Assembly: GCA_046293075.1 (NCBI GenBank)
Contig: JBKBPL010000002.1
Span: 82,595-146,594, forward strand
DNA: 64,000 nucleotides
DNA from: Hyphomicrobiaceae bacterium
GTDB lineage: Bacteria; Pseudomonadota; Alphaproteobacteria; Rhizobiales; Hyphomicrobiaceae
Reading direction: 5' to 3'
This document shows, piece by piece, positions 9,172 through 19,987 of the stretch; within the stretch, counting starts at the first letter, position 1; every line of letters starts with the position of its first letter. The position numbers and the translations under genes were made by a program. The notes beneath the pieces were generated by a model. The model did not search any database. It was given only the letters and a program-made list of their open reading frames with translations, and had not been told where the DNA came from.

Positions 9172-9186
9172 TTAAGGTGTGATAAA
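9172..9186 (+). promoter_or_regulatory. Near-consensus CtrA box (TTAA-N7-TAAA) about 100 nt upstream of sciP
   Basis: TTAAGGTGTGATAAA has one mismatch to TTAA-N7-TTAA. It abuts the 10-bp palindrome CAATATATTG (9162-9171). Confidence 0.3.
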
Positions 9187-9286
9187 AATGAAACAAGAAA
9201 GTATTGGCACGTTCACCGAGTGCCTTAGATCGATATTAAGACAGCTCGGTTAGTGTCCGGGAAGATCATGGAGAGTATCGCGTATC

Positions 9287-9565
9287 ATGACCGACCAGCA
9301 ATTCAGAACGCGCTCGCGCTTCGTCATCGGGCCCGACGGAAGCCCGCTTACGGTTGCTGACCTGCCGCCGCGCGACACAAAGCGCTGGGTGATCCGCCGC
9401 AAGGCTGAGGTTGTCGCCGCCGTGCGGGGTGGGCTGCTGAGCCTCGAGGAGGCGTGCGAGCGCTACAAGCTCACTGTTGACGAGTTCCTGTCCTGGCAGC
9501 GCACGATCGACAAGCATGGGCTACAGGGCCTGCGCGCGACCCGGCTGAAGGACTACCGGAACTAG
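9287..9565 (+). CDS. sciP: SciP (DUF1153) small CtrA-antagonist transcription factor
   Basis: 92 aa. FVIGPDGSPLTVADLPPRDTKRWVIRRKAEVVAAVRGGLLSLEEACERYKLTVDEFLSWQ matches the SciP/DUF1153 pattern almost residue for residue. Confidence 0.85.
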   Translation: MTDQQFRTRSRFVIGPDGSPLTVADLPPRDTKRWVIRRKAEVVAAVRGGLLSLEEACERYKLTVDEFLSWQRTIDKHGLQGLRATRLKDYRN

Positions 9566-9598
9566 GCGACAGCCTTCGGCGATTGAGGAGCGTTGGTT

Positions 9599-9637
9599 GC
9601 GCTCAGGCGCGCCGTTCGCACCGCGCCATCTGAGCGC
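9599..9637. other. Bulged GC hairpin between convergent sciP and the MATE gene (possible bidirectional terminator without a U-tract)
   Basis: GCGCTCAG+GCGCG ... CGCGC-cat-CTGAGCGC: 8+5 bp stem, 10-nt loop. Confidence 0.35.
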
Positions 9638-9713
9638 TCCGGCCCAGGGGCACTGGCGCCGGCGGGCTTTCTTTGGAGCTGCGGCGCTCTTTGCGTGCGC
9701 GCGTGCAGCCGGG

Positions 9714-11168
9714 TCACCGCGCGTCACCCCAGCGGGTTTTCCAGACGAGCAGCCCGGTAGAAATACCGTAGGCCACCATGGCGACCGTGACGAGGACCGC
9801 GAAGGCGCGGAAGTCGGCGCCGCTCTCAACCAACAACATGCCGCCGATCAGCACGACGAGCAGGCGCACCGTGCCACCGAGCACCGGGCCCATGATGCGG
9901 CCGGACCCCTGCGAAGCGAAATAGAGGCATAGCCCAAAGCCATAGGCCGCAAAGCCGAAGCCGGCGATGCTGAGATAGGCGTCGGCTGCGCGTTCGACCT
10001 TTGGGTCATCAGTGAAAAGATGGGCCCAGACATCCGGATTGAGCGCCGCCAGGCAGCCAATGCTGCCGATGATGACGGCAGAGGCGGTCGCCGCCGTCCA
10101 TGCAACTCGGCGCGCCCGCGCGACGTCGCGGGCGCCGATCGCCATGCCAACCATGGGGACCGACGCGGAGCCGATGGAGAAGGCGATGGGCACGAGCAGC
10201 AGTTCGAGCCGCACCCCGATCCCATAGCCGGCAAGGGCCGTGGTGCCGAAGCTCGCGACAAATTTCGCGAGAATAATGACGGTCAGTATGGACTGCAGGG
10301 GCGAAAGGCAGGACACCGCGCCGACCTTGAGGATGTCCCAGAACAGTTCCCGGTCGAGCGGGATGCCTGCGAAGCGAATGCGCAGGCGCGAATAGCGCGA
10401 GCGCAAGTAGACGAGAAGTGTGATCGTGCCCGCGAGAAAGGCGAGGATCTGGCCGGCCGCGACGCCAGCGATGCCGAAGCGGGGAATGGGGCCGAAACCA
10501 AGGCCCAGCAGGCCGCTAAGTATAGTCTGCAGCAGCGCCACGCCGATCACCGTCGAGGAGGGCACGCGCATGTTCCCGGTCCCACGGGCGATCGAGGCGA
10601 AGATATGGAAAAACCAGACGATTGTTGCGCCCGCGAAGAACGTCCCGGAGTACTGAAGGGCGAGGGCGAGAACGGTGCCTTCGCCGCCGAGCATGGTGTA
10701 GATCATGGGCCCGGCCAAGAGGAAGACGACCGTGAAGAGAACGCCGGCAAGCGCCCCGACAATGAGCGCATGAAGGGCAAGAGCCCGCGCGCGGCGTTCC
10801 TCGCGCGCGCCGAGGGCGCGGCTGATGGCGGAGGAAACGCCGCCACCCATGGCGCCGGACGCCATCATCTGGGTCAGCATGATCATCGGGAAGACGAGCG
10901 CCATGGCCGCCAGCGGCTCGGTGCCAAGGATGCCGATGTACGTCGTTTCCGCGATTGCGACGAGCGACTGCGTGCCAAGGGCCAGCAGATTTGGGAGCGA
11001 CAACGCCGCCAGTGTCGGCAGTATGGGCGCTGTCAACAGCGGGCCCAAGGGGGCTGCCGACCGATCGCCCAGTCGAGAAGGCGTGCGTTCCGACAAGGCG
11101 TTCCCCTCTCCACCGACGGTTCGACATCCAAGCATCGAAGGATCGCTGAGCGCAATGCGGCACAGCAA
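9714..11168 (-). CDS. MATE-family efflux transporter
   Basis: About 12 TM segments. The N-terminal region LLTAPILPTLAALSLPNLLALGTQSLVAIAETTYIGILGTEPLAAMALVFP is typical of MATE/NorM-like proteins. The exact start is uncertain (alternative ATG at 11135). Confidence 0.8.
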   Translation of the reverse strand: MLCRIALSDPSMLGCRTVGGEGNALSERTPSRLGDRSAAPLGPLLTAPILPTLAALSLPNLLALGTQSLVAIAETTYIGILGTEPLAAMALVFPMIMLTQMMASGAMGGGVSSAISRALGAREERRARALALHALIVGALAGVLFTVVFLLAGPMIYTMLGGEGTVLALALQYSGTFFAGATIVWFFHIFASIARGTGNMRVPSSTVIGVALLQTILSGLLGLGFGPIPRFGIAGVAAGQILAFLAGTITLLVYLRSRYSRLRIRFAGIPLDRELFWDILKVGAVSCLSPLQSILTVIILAKFVASFGTTALAGYGIGVRLELLLVPIAFSIGSASVPMVGMAIGARDVARARRVAWTAATASAVIIGSIGCLAALNPDVWAHLFTDDPKVERAADAYLSIAGFGFAAYGFGLCLYFASQGSGRIMGPVLGGTVRLLVVLIGGMLLVESGADFRAFAVLVTVAMVAYGISTGLLVWKTRWGDAR

Positions 11169-11452
11169 CGTGAATGGCGCGCACTGCTATAGGCGAAGGC
11201 AGGACAGCCGTCCAGTGCTCCGTCCAAGGAAGAAAATCCAAGGAACAAAACCCATGTTCGGAGATCGGGGATGAGATGCGCGCGGCCGGGCGCACCGATC
11301 CGATCCATTCCGGCGCAGGTGTTATGTCGCGCCTTACGCTGATCGTGCAATCGCGACGCCAGCCGAGCTGACAGGGCGACGGTTAAGAGTCTCTAGACGT
11401 CGTCCGGTCCATTCTCCCCTCCGCAATCAGTGCGCAGATGACTGTGCGGCCC

Positions 11453-11479
11453 GCGCTCGCCGGTCCCTCGGGCGAGCGC
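11453..11479. other. 9-bp GC inverted repeat (GCGCTCGCC-N9-GGCGAGCGC) upstream of the orphan receiver gene
   Basis: Read directly. About 175 nt upstream of the ATG at 11654. No U-tract. Confidence 0.35.
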
Positions 11480-11653
11480 ACCTTGGGAGGGAGAGCAGGA
11501 TGTCGGGCGTTAGCGAACACGAACAGATTGTTCGAGCAAATTAAACGAGAGTTTCAACCTTCTCTGGCATCTTGGGCGTTGAAAGTGGAGGCCTGCTTGG
11601 CGCCGGGGGAGAGGCATCAGGTATGGGCTGTGGGGCAGGGGGAGTGTTCAGTC

Positions 11654-12106
11654 ATGTCGAGTAAAGCAACCTTGACCATCGTAATTGCAGATGATGATGC
11701 CGACGACCGTATGCTGGTCGAGGACGCGTTCACGGAGAGCCGGCTCGCCAATCCGCGGGTCTATGTCGAGGACGGCGAGGAGCTGCTCGCGTATCTGCGC
11801 AGCGAGGGCAAGTTCGCGGGCCAGCCGCGCCGCCTGCCAGGCCTGATCCTTCTGGACCTCAACATGCCCCGCATGGATGGTCGGACGGCGCTCAAGCACA
11901 TCAAGAACGATCCGGAGCTGCGACGGGTCCCGGTGATCGTTCTCACGACCTCAAAGGCTGAGGAAGACATCCTGCGGACCTACGACCTCGGCGTCAGCTC
12001 CTTCATCACCAAGCCGGTGAGCTTTGAAGGCCTGGTCGATGTGGTTCGCACGCTCAATCACTACTGGATCGAGATCGTCGAGCTGCCAGCCAGCGAAGCC
12101 GCCTGA
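11654..12106 (+). CDS. Single-domain (CheY-like) response regulator
   Basis: MSSKATLTIVIADDDADDRMLVEDAF...LILLDLNMPRMDG...VIVLTTS...ITKPV. 150 aa with no output domain. Confidence 0.85.
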   Translation: MSSKATLTIVIADDDADDRMLVEDAFTESRLANPRVYVEDGEELLAYLRSEGKFAGQPRRLPGLILLDLNMPRMDGRTALKHIKNDPELRRVPVIVLTTSKAEEDILRTYDLGVSSFITKPVSFEGLVDVVRTLNHYWIEIVELPASEAA

Positions 12107-12136
12107 TCAGTTCATCGCGTTGGGGCAGCACTTTCG

Positions 12137-14422
<2,286 letters not shown>

Positions 14423-14433
14423 GATCAGCACGC

Positions 14434-16692
14434 CTAGCGGAAGACGTAGATCGGGCTCGACCAGGCGCGATGCCCGTCCTCCTGCGTCACTCGGACGAAG
14501 AGGCGTGCGTCGCGGCCGGCGGGCACGGCGATGCGGCGGCTTAGGCGGAGGCGTGTCTCGTTCATCGTCTCGGGCAGGCGCGCAAGCGTCACCGCGCGAT
14601 CGAGCCCGCCAGCGGGAAAGATATCGGCTTCAACGCCGAGCGCGGCGATGTCACGCTGTCCGCTGCAGTGCTTCGTTTCGAAGCCGATCATGCCGGCATT
14701 CGCGTCCTTCAGCCACAGATCGATGCCGCCGAAATTGCCGGTCGTGACCGCCTTCCATCCGAGGCTGTCGGGCGTCTGGCTGTGAATGCCGCGATCGAGG
14801 TTCCAGTTGTTGAACATGCGCGCCTCGACGATCGTGTTGCCGCCAATCGTGAGGCTGCCGTCCCAGACGGTCGTGCGCGCGCGGCCGCGGTATTCGGCGC
14901 CCGCGTACGTCAGACGCACGCGGCGGCCAAGATCGGCGGGCCCGTACGGGCGGACGGTCTCGATGAGGTCCGGCCCATCAAAAATGTCGAGACGCTCGAT
15001 CGGGGCGGATGCCACCACCTCGACATGCAACTCGATGTCCTCGTCGGCGACGCGCACTATGTCGCCCATGATGGCGCGGCGTGTGCGCTCCGTAGCCGGG
15101 TCCTCGAAGCAGGCTGGATCGCGCATGTAGAGGGTCGCGTCACTGTTCGTCGCGGCCTCGACAGCGAGCAGCATCCGATTGCCCGTGGTGCCGTAGTGGT
15201 GGCGCCGGCGCATGGCCTCAAAGATGGCATCCCGATCAAGGCGCGGCGCGAGGTAGCAGGTGAGGCCGCCCTGCGCGCCAAAGAACGAGGCGCCTGGATA
15301 GGAGGCGCCGGGTCGGCCCTTGTGGCCATCCGAATTGCAGACGATGCCGACACGATAGTTCTTGGCGAAGGCATCGTGCAGAATCCACTCGAAGGTGCCC
15401 CAGTCGGAGTGGACCTCGACGGCGGTCTCGAGCCGGCCATCGTGCGCGTAGGTGATGTCGGCATAGCGCCCGCCGACGTGGGCCATGACGACACAATCCT
15501 TGCCCGCGAGCGTCTTGAAGAGGGCCGTTGCGTCGTGGGCGTCGTTGCCTTCGTCCGCCATGTCGCCGCCTTCGGCGATCTGGGCGTGGCTCGATCGATG
15601 AATGGTCTCGCCCTCGCGGCGGTACATGACATTGCGGTCGCCGCCGACGGCCGTATTCGCGCTCCACTCGTAACCGGGAATGCAGACGAAGCGGCCCGGC
15701 ACGTCAAATTCGGCGGTTGCGGCGTTGAGATCGCGCCAGAACGCGCCCGAGATCTGAAAGTCATTGCCCTGGTGGCTCATGACGTCGAGGAGCGCGCGGT
15801 CGCGGCCGAAGGCGAAGTAGTCCCGTGCCGCGTTCGTGCCGAGCGTCTCATCGGACTGGCCGTGCGTATCGCCCCAGAAGTGCACCGCCGCGGCATCTGC
15901 CGCAGCAATCCGCAAAGGATTGCTGCGGGCGAGCCGCGTGCCGTCCTCGCCGAGCACATCAATTGTAAGGTCCCCGGGCTCACGCACCGAGAGCCCTTCC
16001 AGTGTGGCGCCGAACGTGCCGTTCTTGAGATCAACCGTTGCGGGCAGGCCGATAATCGGCCGGCTGGGCACAAGACGGACGGTCCGCGTCACGAGGTCCG
16101 ATGGATTCCCCCAGGCATCATCGACCTTGATGCCAAAACGGAAGGGGGCGCCGGCCCGCACCATGGTCGGCAGCAGAGCGTGCCACGTGACGCCCGGTCC
16201 CGGCCCGATCTCGATCATGGGGCTCAGCGGGAGCGCGACGTAGTCGTATGTCGCGATCGCGTCGACGAGGACGCGGAACTCGAAACGCTTCTCGCAGTAA
16301 GTCTGCAGGCGCACGCCCGGCGATCCGAAGCGCGTGTCGCCGAAGCGCACGGTGATCGTATCGCCCGGCTTGAGGAAGTGCTTCATCACGCCAATGTAGA
16401 GCGAGCGGCTCCAGGGGCGGATGTTGCGCTTGAACTCCCAGCGCGCTTCGAGGGTGGCGCCGTTCGACGCCTCGAGCGTCGTATAGCCAGGGGCCTTCGG
16501 GTCGTCGAACTGCACCGGACCGAGATCGGTCGCGAACCGGAAGGCGATCTTGAGGCTGCCGGTGTCGTCGATGCCAAAAGCGCCGGCCGTGTAGACGAGG
16601 GTGAACGACTGCCACGAGCCGGCCTCCAGACGGCCGGTCGGTGACAGGGTCGCGCTACCCATGAGCTCTGGGCGGTACGTCGAGTAAGGCAT
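14434..16692 (-). CDS. DUF3604-like protein (PHP-superfamily metal-dependent hydrolase fold predicted), function unknown
   Basis: 752 aa from the ATG at 16692 (GGGAAG RBS). Ordered His/Asp/Glu motifs: HFWGDTHGQS, GYEWS, AHVGGRY, VHSDWG, NSDGHKG, HHYGTTG. C-terminal AWSSPIYV. The first ~280 aa have no recognisable motif. Family assignment is from memory of these motifs. Confidence 0.6.
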   Translation of the reverse strand: MPYSTYRPELMGSATLSPTGRLEAGSWQSFTLVYTAGAFGIDDTGSLKIAFRFATDLGPVQFDDPKAPGYTTLEASNGATLEARWEFKRNIRPWSRSLYIGVMKHFLKPGDTITVRFGDTRFGSPGVRLQTYCEKRFEFRVLVDAIATYDYVALPLSPMIEIGPGPGVTWHALLPTMVRAGAPFRFGIKVDDAWGNPSDLVTRTVRLVPSRPIIGLPATVDLKNGTFGATLEGLSVREPGDLTIDVLGEDGTRLARSNPLRIAAADAAAVHFWGDTHGQSDETLGTNAARDYFAFGRDRALLDVMSHQGNDFQISGAFWRDLNAATAEFDVPGRFVCIPGYEWSANTAVGGDRNVMYRREGETIHRSSHAQIAEGGDMADEGNDAHDATALFKTLAGKDCVVMAHVGGRYADITYAHDGRLETAVEVHSDWGTFEWILHDAFAKNYRVGIVCNSDGHKGRPGASYPGASFFGAQGGLTCYLAPRLDRDAIFEAMRRRHHYGTTGNRMLLAVEAATNSDATLYMRDPACFEDPATERTRRAIMGDIVRVADEDIELHVEVVASAPIERLDIFDGPDLIETVRPYGPADLGRRVRLTYAGAEYRGRARTTVWDGSLTIGGNTIVEARMFNNWNLDRGIHSQTPDSLGWKAVTTGNFGGIDLWLKDANAGMIGFETKHCSGQRDIAALGVEADIFPAGGLDRAVTLARLPETMNETRLRLSRRIAVPAGRDARLFVRVTQEDGHRAWSSPIYVFR

Positions 16693-16749
16693 AAGGCTTC
16701 CCTGGCGCTCAATCGGGCGCACTGCGTGTGGGCGAGGGTCCTGCGCCGG

Positions 16750-17130
16750 TCAGAGGGCGGCCCATATGCAATACAGCGCCAGAATGCCAATGACACTCAG
16801 CGTTGCGACGGTACCTGCCATCCGAAAGATCAAGGGCTCTCTCATCTGGCTGATGCCATAGGCGTGCGCGATCCGCCCGGCGAGGAGGACGATGCCGAGC
16901 AGATGAATGAACAACGAGCCCATGCCGGTGTGCTCGGCGAGCGCTAGCAGCAGGAGCGCCAGCGGGACGCATTCGACGAAGTTGCCGTGCGCGCGGATGC
17001 GACGGCGGAGCGTCTCGTTCTCGCCGTCCCCCAGCGCGACGCGTGCCTCGCGGCGCACGGCGGACACCCTGAGCGCGAGAACGATGAGCATGAGGCCGAA
17101 GAGCCCGGCATAGAGGGCGGCGGTGCGCAT
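16750..17130 (-). CDS. MAPEG-family inner-membrane protein (YecN-like)
   Basis: 126 aa with four TM segments. GDGENETLRRRIRAHGNFVECVPLALLLLALAEH...GRIAHAYG is the typical MAPEG/YecN pattern. GGAG RBS before the ATG at 17130. Confidence 0.75.
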   Translation of the reverse strand: MRTAALYAGLFGLMLIVLALRVSAVRREARVALGDGENETLRRRIRAHGNFVECVPLALLLLALAEHTGMGSLFIHLLGIVLLAGRIAHAYGISQMREPLIFRMAGTVATLSVIGILALYCIWAAL

Positions 17131-17200
17131 GAGGTGGCTCCTGACGCGGTGGGCGCTTGACGTACAACCCATTCCGACTGGAATGGGAAGGTCCTATGAA

Positions 17201-17980
17201 CTAGCGGGAGAGCCCCATCTCGGGGAGCGGAACGATCTCGACGCCGGCTGCCTCAAGGCTGCCCCGCACAGCGCGCGCGACCGCAACCCCCGTTGCCTCG
17301 TCGCCGTGCACGCAAAGCGTGTCGATCTTTGCCTTGATGACCTTCCCGGAGATCGAGACCACCTCGCCGTGCTGCACGAAGCGCAGTGCCTGGGCAGTTG
17401 CCTTCTCCGGGTCCTTGAGGACGGTGCCGGGGAGAGCGCGCGAGGCCAGCAGCCCGTCGTCGGCATAGACGCGATCGCAGAAGCCCTCGCGGGCCATGGG
17501 CAGCTCGAGCTTCTGCGCAGCCTTTTCGAGTTCCGAGCCGAACAGCACGACGAAGATCATGTCGGGATCGATCGTCTTGATGGCACGGCCAATGGCCATG
17601 GCGTAGTCGGGCTCAACGCAGGCCATGTTGCTCAGCGCGCCATGGGCCTTGAGGTGTGTGACCTTCAGCCCGCCATAGGCCGCCATGCCCTGCAGCGCGC
17701 CGATTTGGTAGGCAACGAGATATTCGAGCTCGGTCGGAGACATGCGGATCTGGCGTCGGCCGAAGCCCCACAGATCATTGAACCCCGGATGCGCCCCGAT
17801 GCTCACGCCCTTTTCGCGCGCCAGCATGACCAGCCGGTGCATGGTGTTGGCATCGCCGGCGTGCATCCCGCAAGCGATATTCGCCGACTTGACGATGTCC
17901 ATCATGGCGACATCGTTGCCGATGTCATACGCGCCCCAGCCTTCGGCAATATCGGCATTGAGGTTGACTTTGGCGGCCAT
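17201..17980 (-). CDS. pxpA: 5-oxoprolinase subunit A (LamB/YcsF family)
   Basis: MAAKVNLNADIAEGWGAYDIGNDVAMMDIVKSANIACGMHAGDANTM... is the characteristic LamB/YcsF N-terminus. The internal ATG at 17980 is chosen over the longer ORF. Confidence 0.85.
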   Translation of the reverse strand: MAAKVNLNADIAEGWGAYDIGNDVAMMDIVKSANIACGMHAGDANTMHRLVMLAREKGVSIGAHPGFNDLWGFGRRQIRMSPTELEYLVAYQIGALQGMAAYGGLKVTHLKAHGALSNMACVEPDYAMAIGRAIKTIDPDMIFVVLFGSELEKAAQKLELPMAREGFCDRVYADDGLLASRALPGTVLKDPEKATAQALRFVQHGEVVSISGKVIKAKIDTLCVHGDEATGVAVARAVRGSLEAAGVEIVPLPEMGLSR

Positions 17981-18143
17981 TTTCGCTTCCTCGCGGAGCT
18001 TCAAGGAGTCGTTGCGGGGGATGCAGGTCTCGCATGAGCCTGCGCGTGCCTGGATTGGTAGCAGCGGCGGGGTGAGCCGCCAAGTCGCCATGCGCAAGGG
18101 GACATGCCTTGCGCCACGGCGGGGCGGGAAAAGAGAGTTCGAA

Positions 18144-18890
18144 ATGATGAAGCCAGGGTCCGCGGCGGCGCCGCGCTTTCTGCCGAGCGGCGACACCGCG
18201 CTCGTCGTCGAGTTCGGCGACCGCATGGACCGCCACCTCTCGGCGCTGGTGCTCAATCTGCGCCGCCGCGTGCAGGAGGCGGACATTACCGGCATCTGCG
18301 AGGTCGTGCCGACATTCCGGTCGCTGATGGTGCACTACGACCCTCTGGTCGTGCGGGCGCGGGATCTCAAGTCACGCCTTGCCCCGCTCCTCGAGGACCT
18401 CGATGCCGAGGCACTGGTCGGTCAGCGCTGGCTTTTCCCGACCTGCTACGAGGGTGATGAGTTTGCGCCTGATCTCGAGGACGTCGCCGCCGCGGCCGGC
18501 CTCACCCCCGCGCAAGTCGTCGCGATGCATACGTCCGTCGAGCATCTCGTCTACATGATCGGCTTCCTGCCCGGTCAGGCCTACATGGGTGATCTCCCCG
18601 AAGTGCTGGCCTTGCCGCGCCGTACGAGTCCGCGCATCAAGGTGGCCGCCGGCTCTGTCGCGATTGCCATTGGCCAGACCACCATCTATCCGTTTGAAAG
18701 TCCAGGCGGCTGGCACATCATCGGCCGTACGGCCGTGCCGTTGTTCGATGCGGGCCGGGATCCGGCCGCGCTGCTCTCGCCTGGCGACACAGTTCAGTTC
18801 GTTGCCGTCAGCCGCGAGGTCTACGGCGATATGCAGGCAGCCAGTGCCGAAGGCGCGTTCGACCTCGGCACGCTCAGGGTGCACGAATGA
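18144..18890 (+). CDS. pxpB: 5-oxoprolinase subunit B (KipI / allophanate hydrolase subunit 1 family)
   Basis: PRFLPSGDTALVVEFGDRMD...VPTFRSLMVHYDP...GFLPGQAYMG...GQTTIYPFESPGGWHIIGRT. Confidence 0.85.
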   Translation: MMKPGSAAAPRFLPSGDTALVVEFGDRMDRHLSALVLNLRRRVQEADITGICEVVPTFRSLMVHYDPLVVRARDLKSRLAPLLEDLDAEALVGQRWLFPTCYEGDEFAPDLEDVAAAAGLTPAQVVAMHTSVEHLVYMIGFLPGQAYMGDLPEVLALPRRTSPRIKVAAGSVAIAIGQTTIYPFESPGGWHIIGRTAVPLFDAGRDPAALLSPGDTVQFVAVSREVYGDMQAASAEGAFDLGTLRVHE

Positions 18891-19930
18891 CCGGCTATCT
18901 GCGCGTCATCGCCGCCGGTCTTGGCACATCCGTTCAAGATGCAGGACGCTTCGGCTTCCAGCGCTTCGGCGTTCCGACAGCAGGCGCGCTCGATCGCGTC
19001 GCGATGGCTGCCGCGAACACGATCGTTGGCAATGCGCCGGGCGCGGCGGTGCTCGAAATGCTCTACCTCGGCGCGACGCTCGAGGTCGTGGCGGAGAGCG
19101 CCAGGGTCGCGTGCGTCGGCCTCGGCGCGAGCCTCGAGGTGACACTGGAGGACGGCACAAGACGCGACGTGCCGGGTGCTGAAAGCGTGCGCGTTGGGCG
19201 GGGCGCGCGCCTGCGCGTCATTGTCGGGCGCAGTGCCATCTCATGCGTGCTGGCGATCGAAGGCGGCATTGCGCTGCCCGAGGTCATGGGCAGCCTGTCG
19301 ACCCACGCGCGTGCCGGGATCGGTGGTTTCGAGGGGCGGGTGCTGGCGGCCGGCGATCTGCTCCCGATCGCGCGCGAAAGCGTCGAGGAACGCCCCGAGC
19401 TCAGGCTACCTGACCTCGATCTTGCGGTACCGCCGCGCATTCGTGTCGTCCTCGGTCCCCAGGACGACTACTTCACGGACAAGGCCGTGGCGACGTTCCT
19501 GTCCGAGCCCTACGAGGTCACGCGCGCCGCCGACCGCATGGGGATGCGACTGACGGGAAAGCCTCTTGCTCACGCCAAGGGGTTCAACATCGTTTCTGAC
19601 GGTATTGCCGCAGGCTCGATCCAGGTGCCCGGTGACGGGCAGCCCATCATCCTGCTGGCCGACCGCCAGACCACGGGCGGCTATCCCAAGATCGCCACGG
19701 TCGCGAGCGTCGATCTGCCTGCGCTCGGCCGGGTCGGTCCGGGCGCCAAGCTGCAGTTCGAAGCGATCAGTGTCGAGGCTGCCGAGGACCTGAGGCGCGC
19801 GCAGGCAGAGAGCGAAGCGCGTTGGCGGGAGCACGTTGAGCCTGCCTCGCCGAGTGGAAGCCCTGAGGCATCTTCGCTCTACGAAGCCAACCTCATCAGC
19901 GGCGTCGCCGATGCGTGGATGGAGGATTAG
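18887..19930 (+). CDS. pxpC: 5-oxoprolinase subunit C (KipA / allophanate hydrolase subunit 2 family)
   Basis: GLGTSVQDAGRFGFQRFGVPTAGALD...SDGIAAGSIQVPGDGQPIILLADRQTTGGYPKIATV. The ATGA overlap with pxpB indicates coupling. Confidence 0.85.
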   Translation: MTGYLRVIAAGLGTSVQDAGRFGFQRFGVPTAGALDRVAMAAANTIVGNAPGAAVLEMLYLGATLEVVAESARVACVGLGASLEVTLEDGTRRDVPGAESVRVGRGARLRVIVGRSAISCVLAIEGGIALPEVMGSLSTHARAGIGGFEGRVLAAGDLLPIARESVEERPELRLPDLDLAVPPRIRVVLGPQDDYFTDKAVATFLSEPYEVTRAADRMGMRLTGKPLAHAKGFNIVSDGIAAGSIQVPGDGQPIILLADRQTTGGYPKIATVASVDLPALGRVGPGAKLQFEAISVEAAEDLRRAQAESEARWREHVEPASPSGSPEASSLYEANLISGVADAWMED

Positions 19931-19987
19931 CCGAGCAGCGCCTCGCCCGGGTCGCGCAGAGTCCCGGGCCGTGAGGTGAACTGCCCT

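Noticed and set aside
14668-16644. A 658-aa ORF on the + strand, and similar very long ORFs at 10020-11192, 22744-24375, 23903-25636, 28332-29882, 34913-36511, 39335-40693, 45001-46146, 52944-54062 and 58212-59189.
   Set aside because: All lie antisense to, or out of frame with, genes that have clear family motifs. Their translations are Arg/Ala/Gly/Pro/Asp-rich low-complexity strings with no recognisable domains. Long stop-free shadow frames are expected in very GC-rich DNA.
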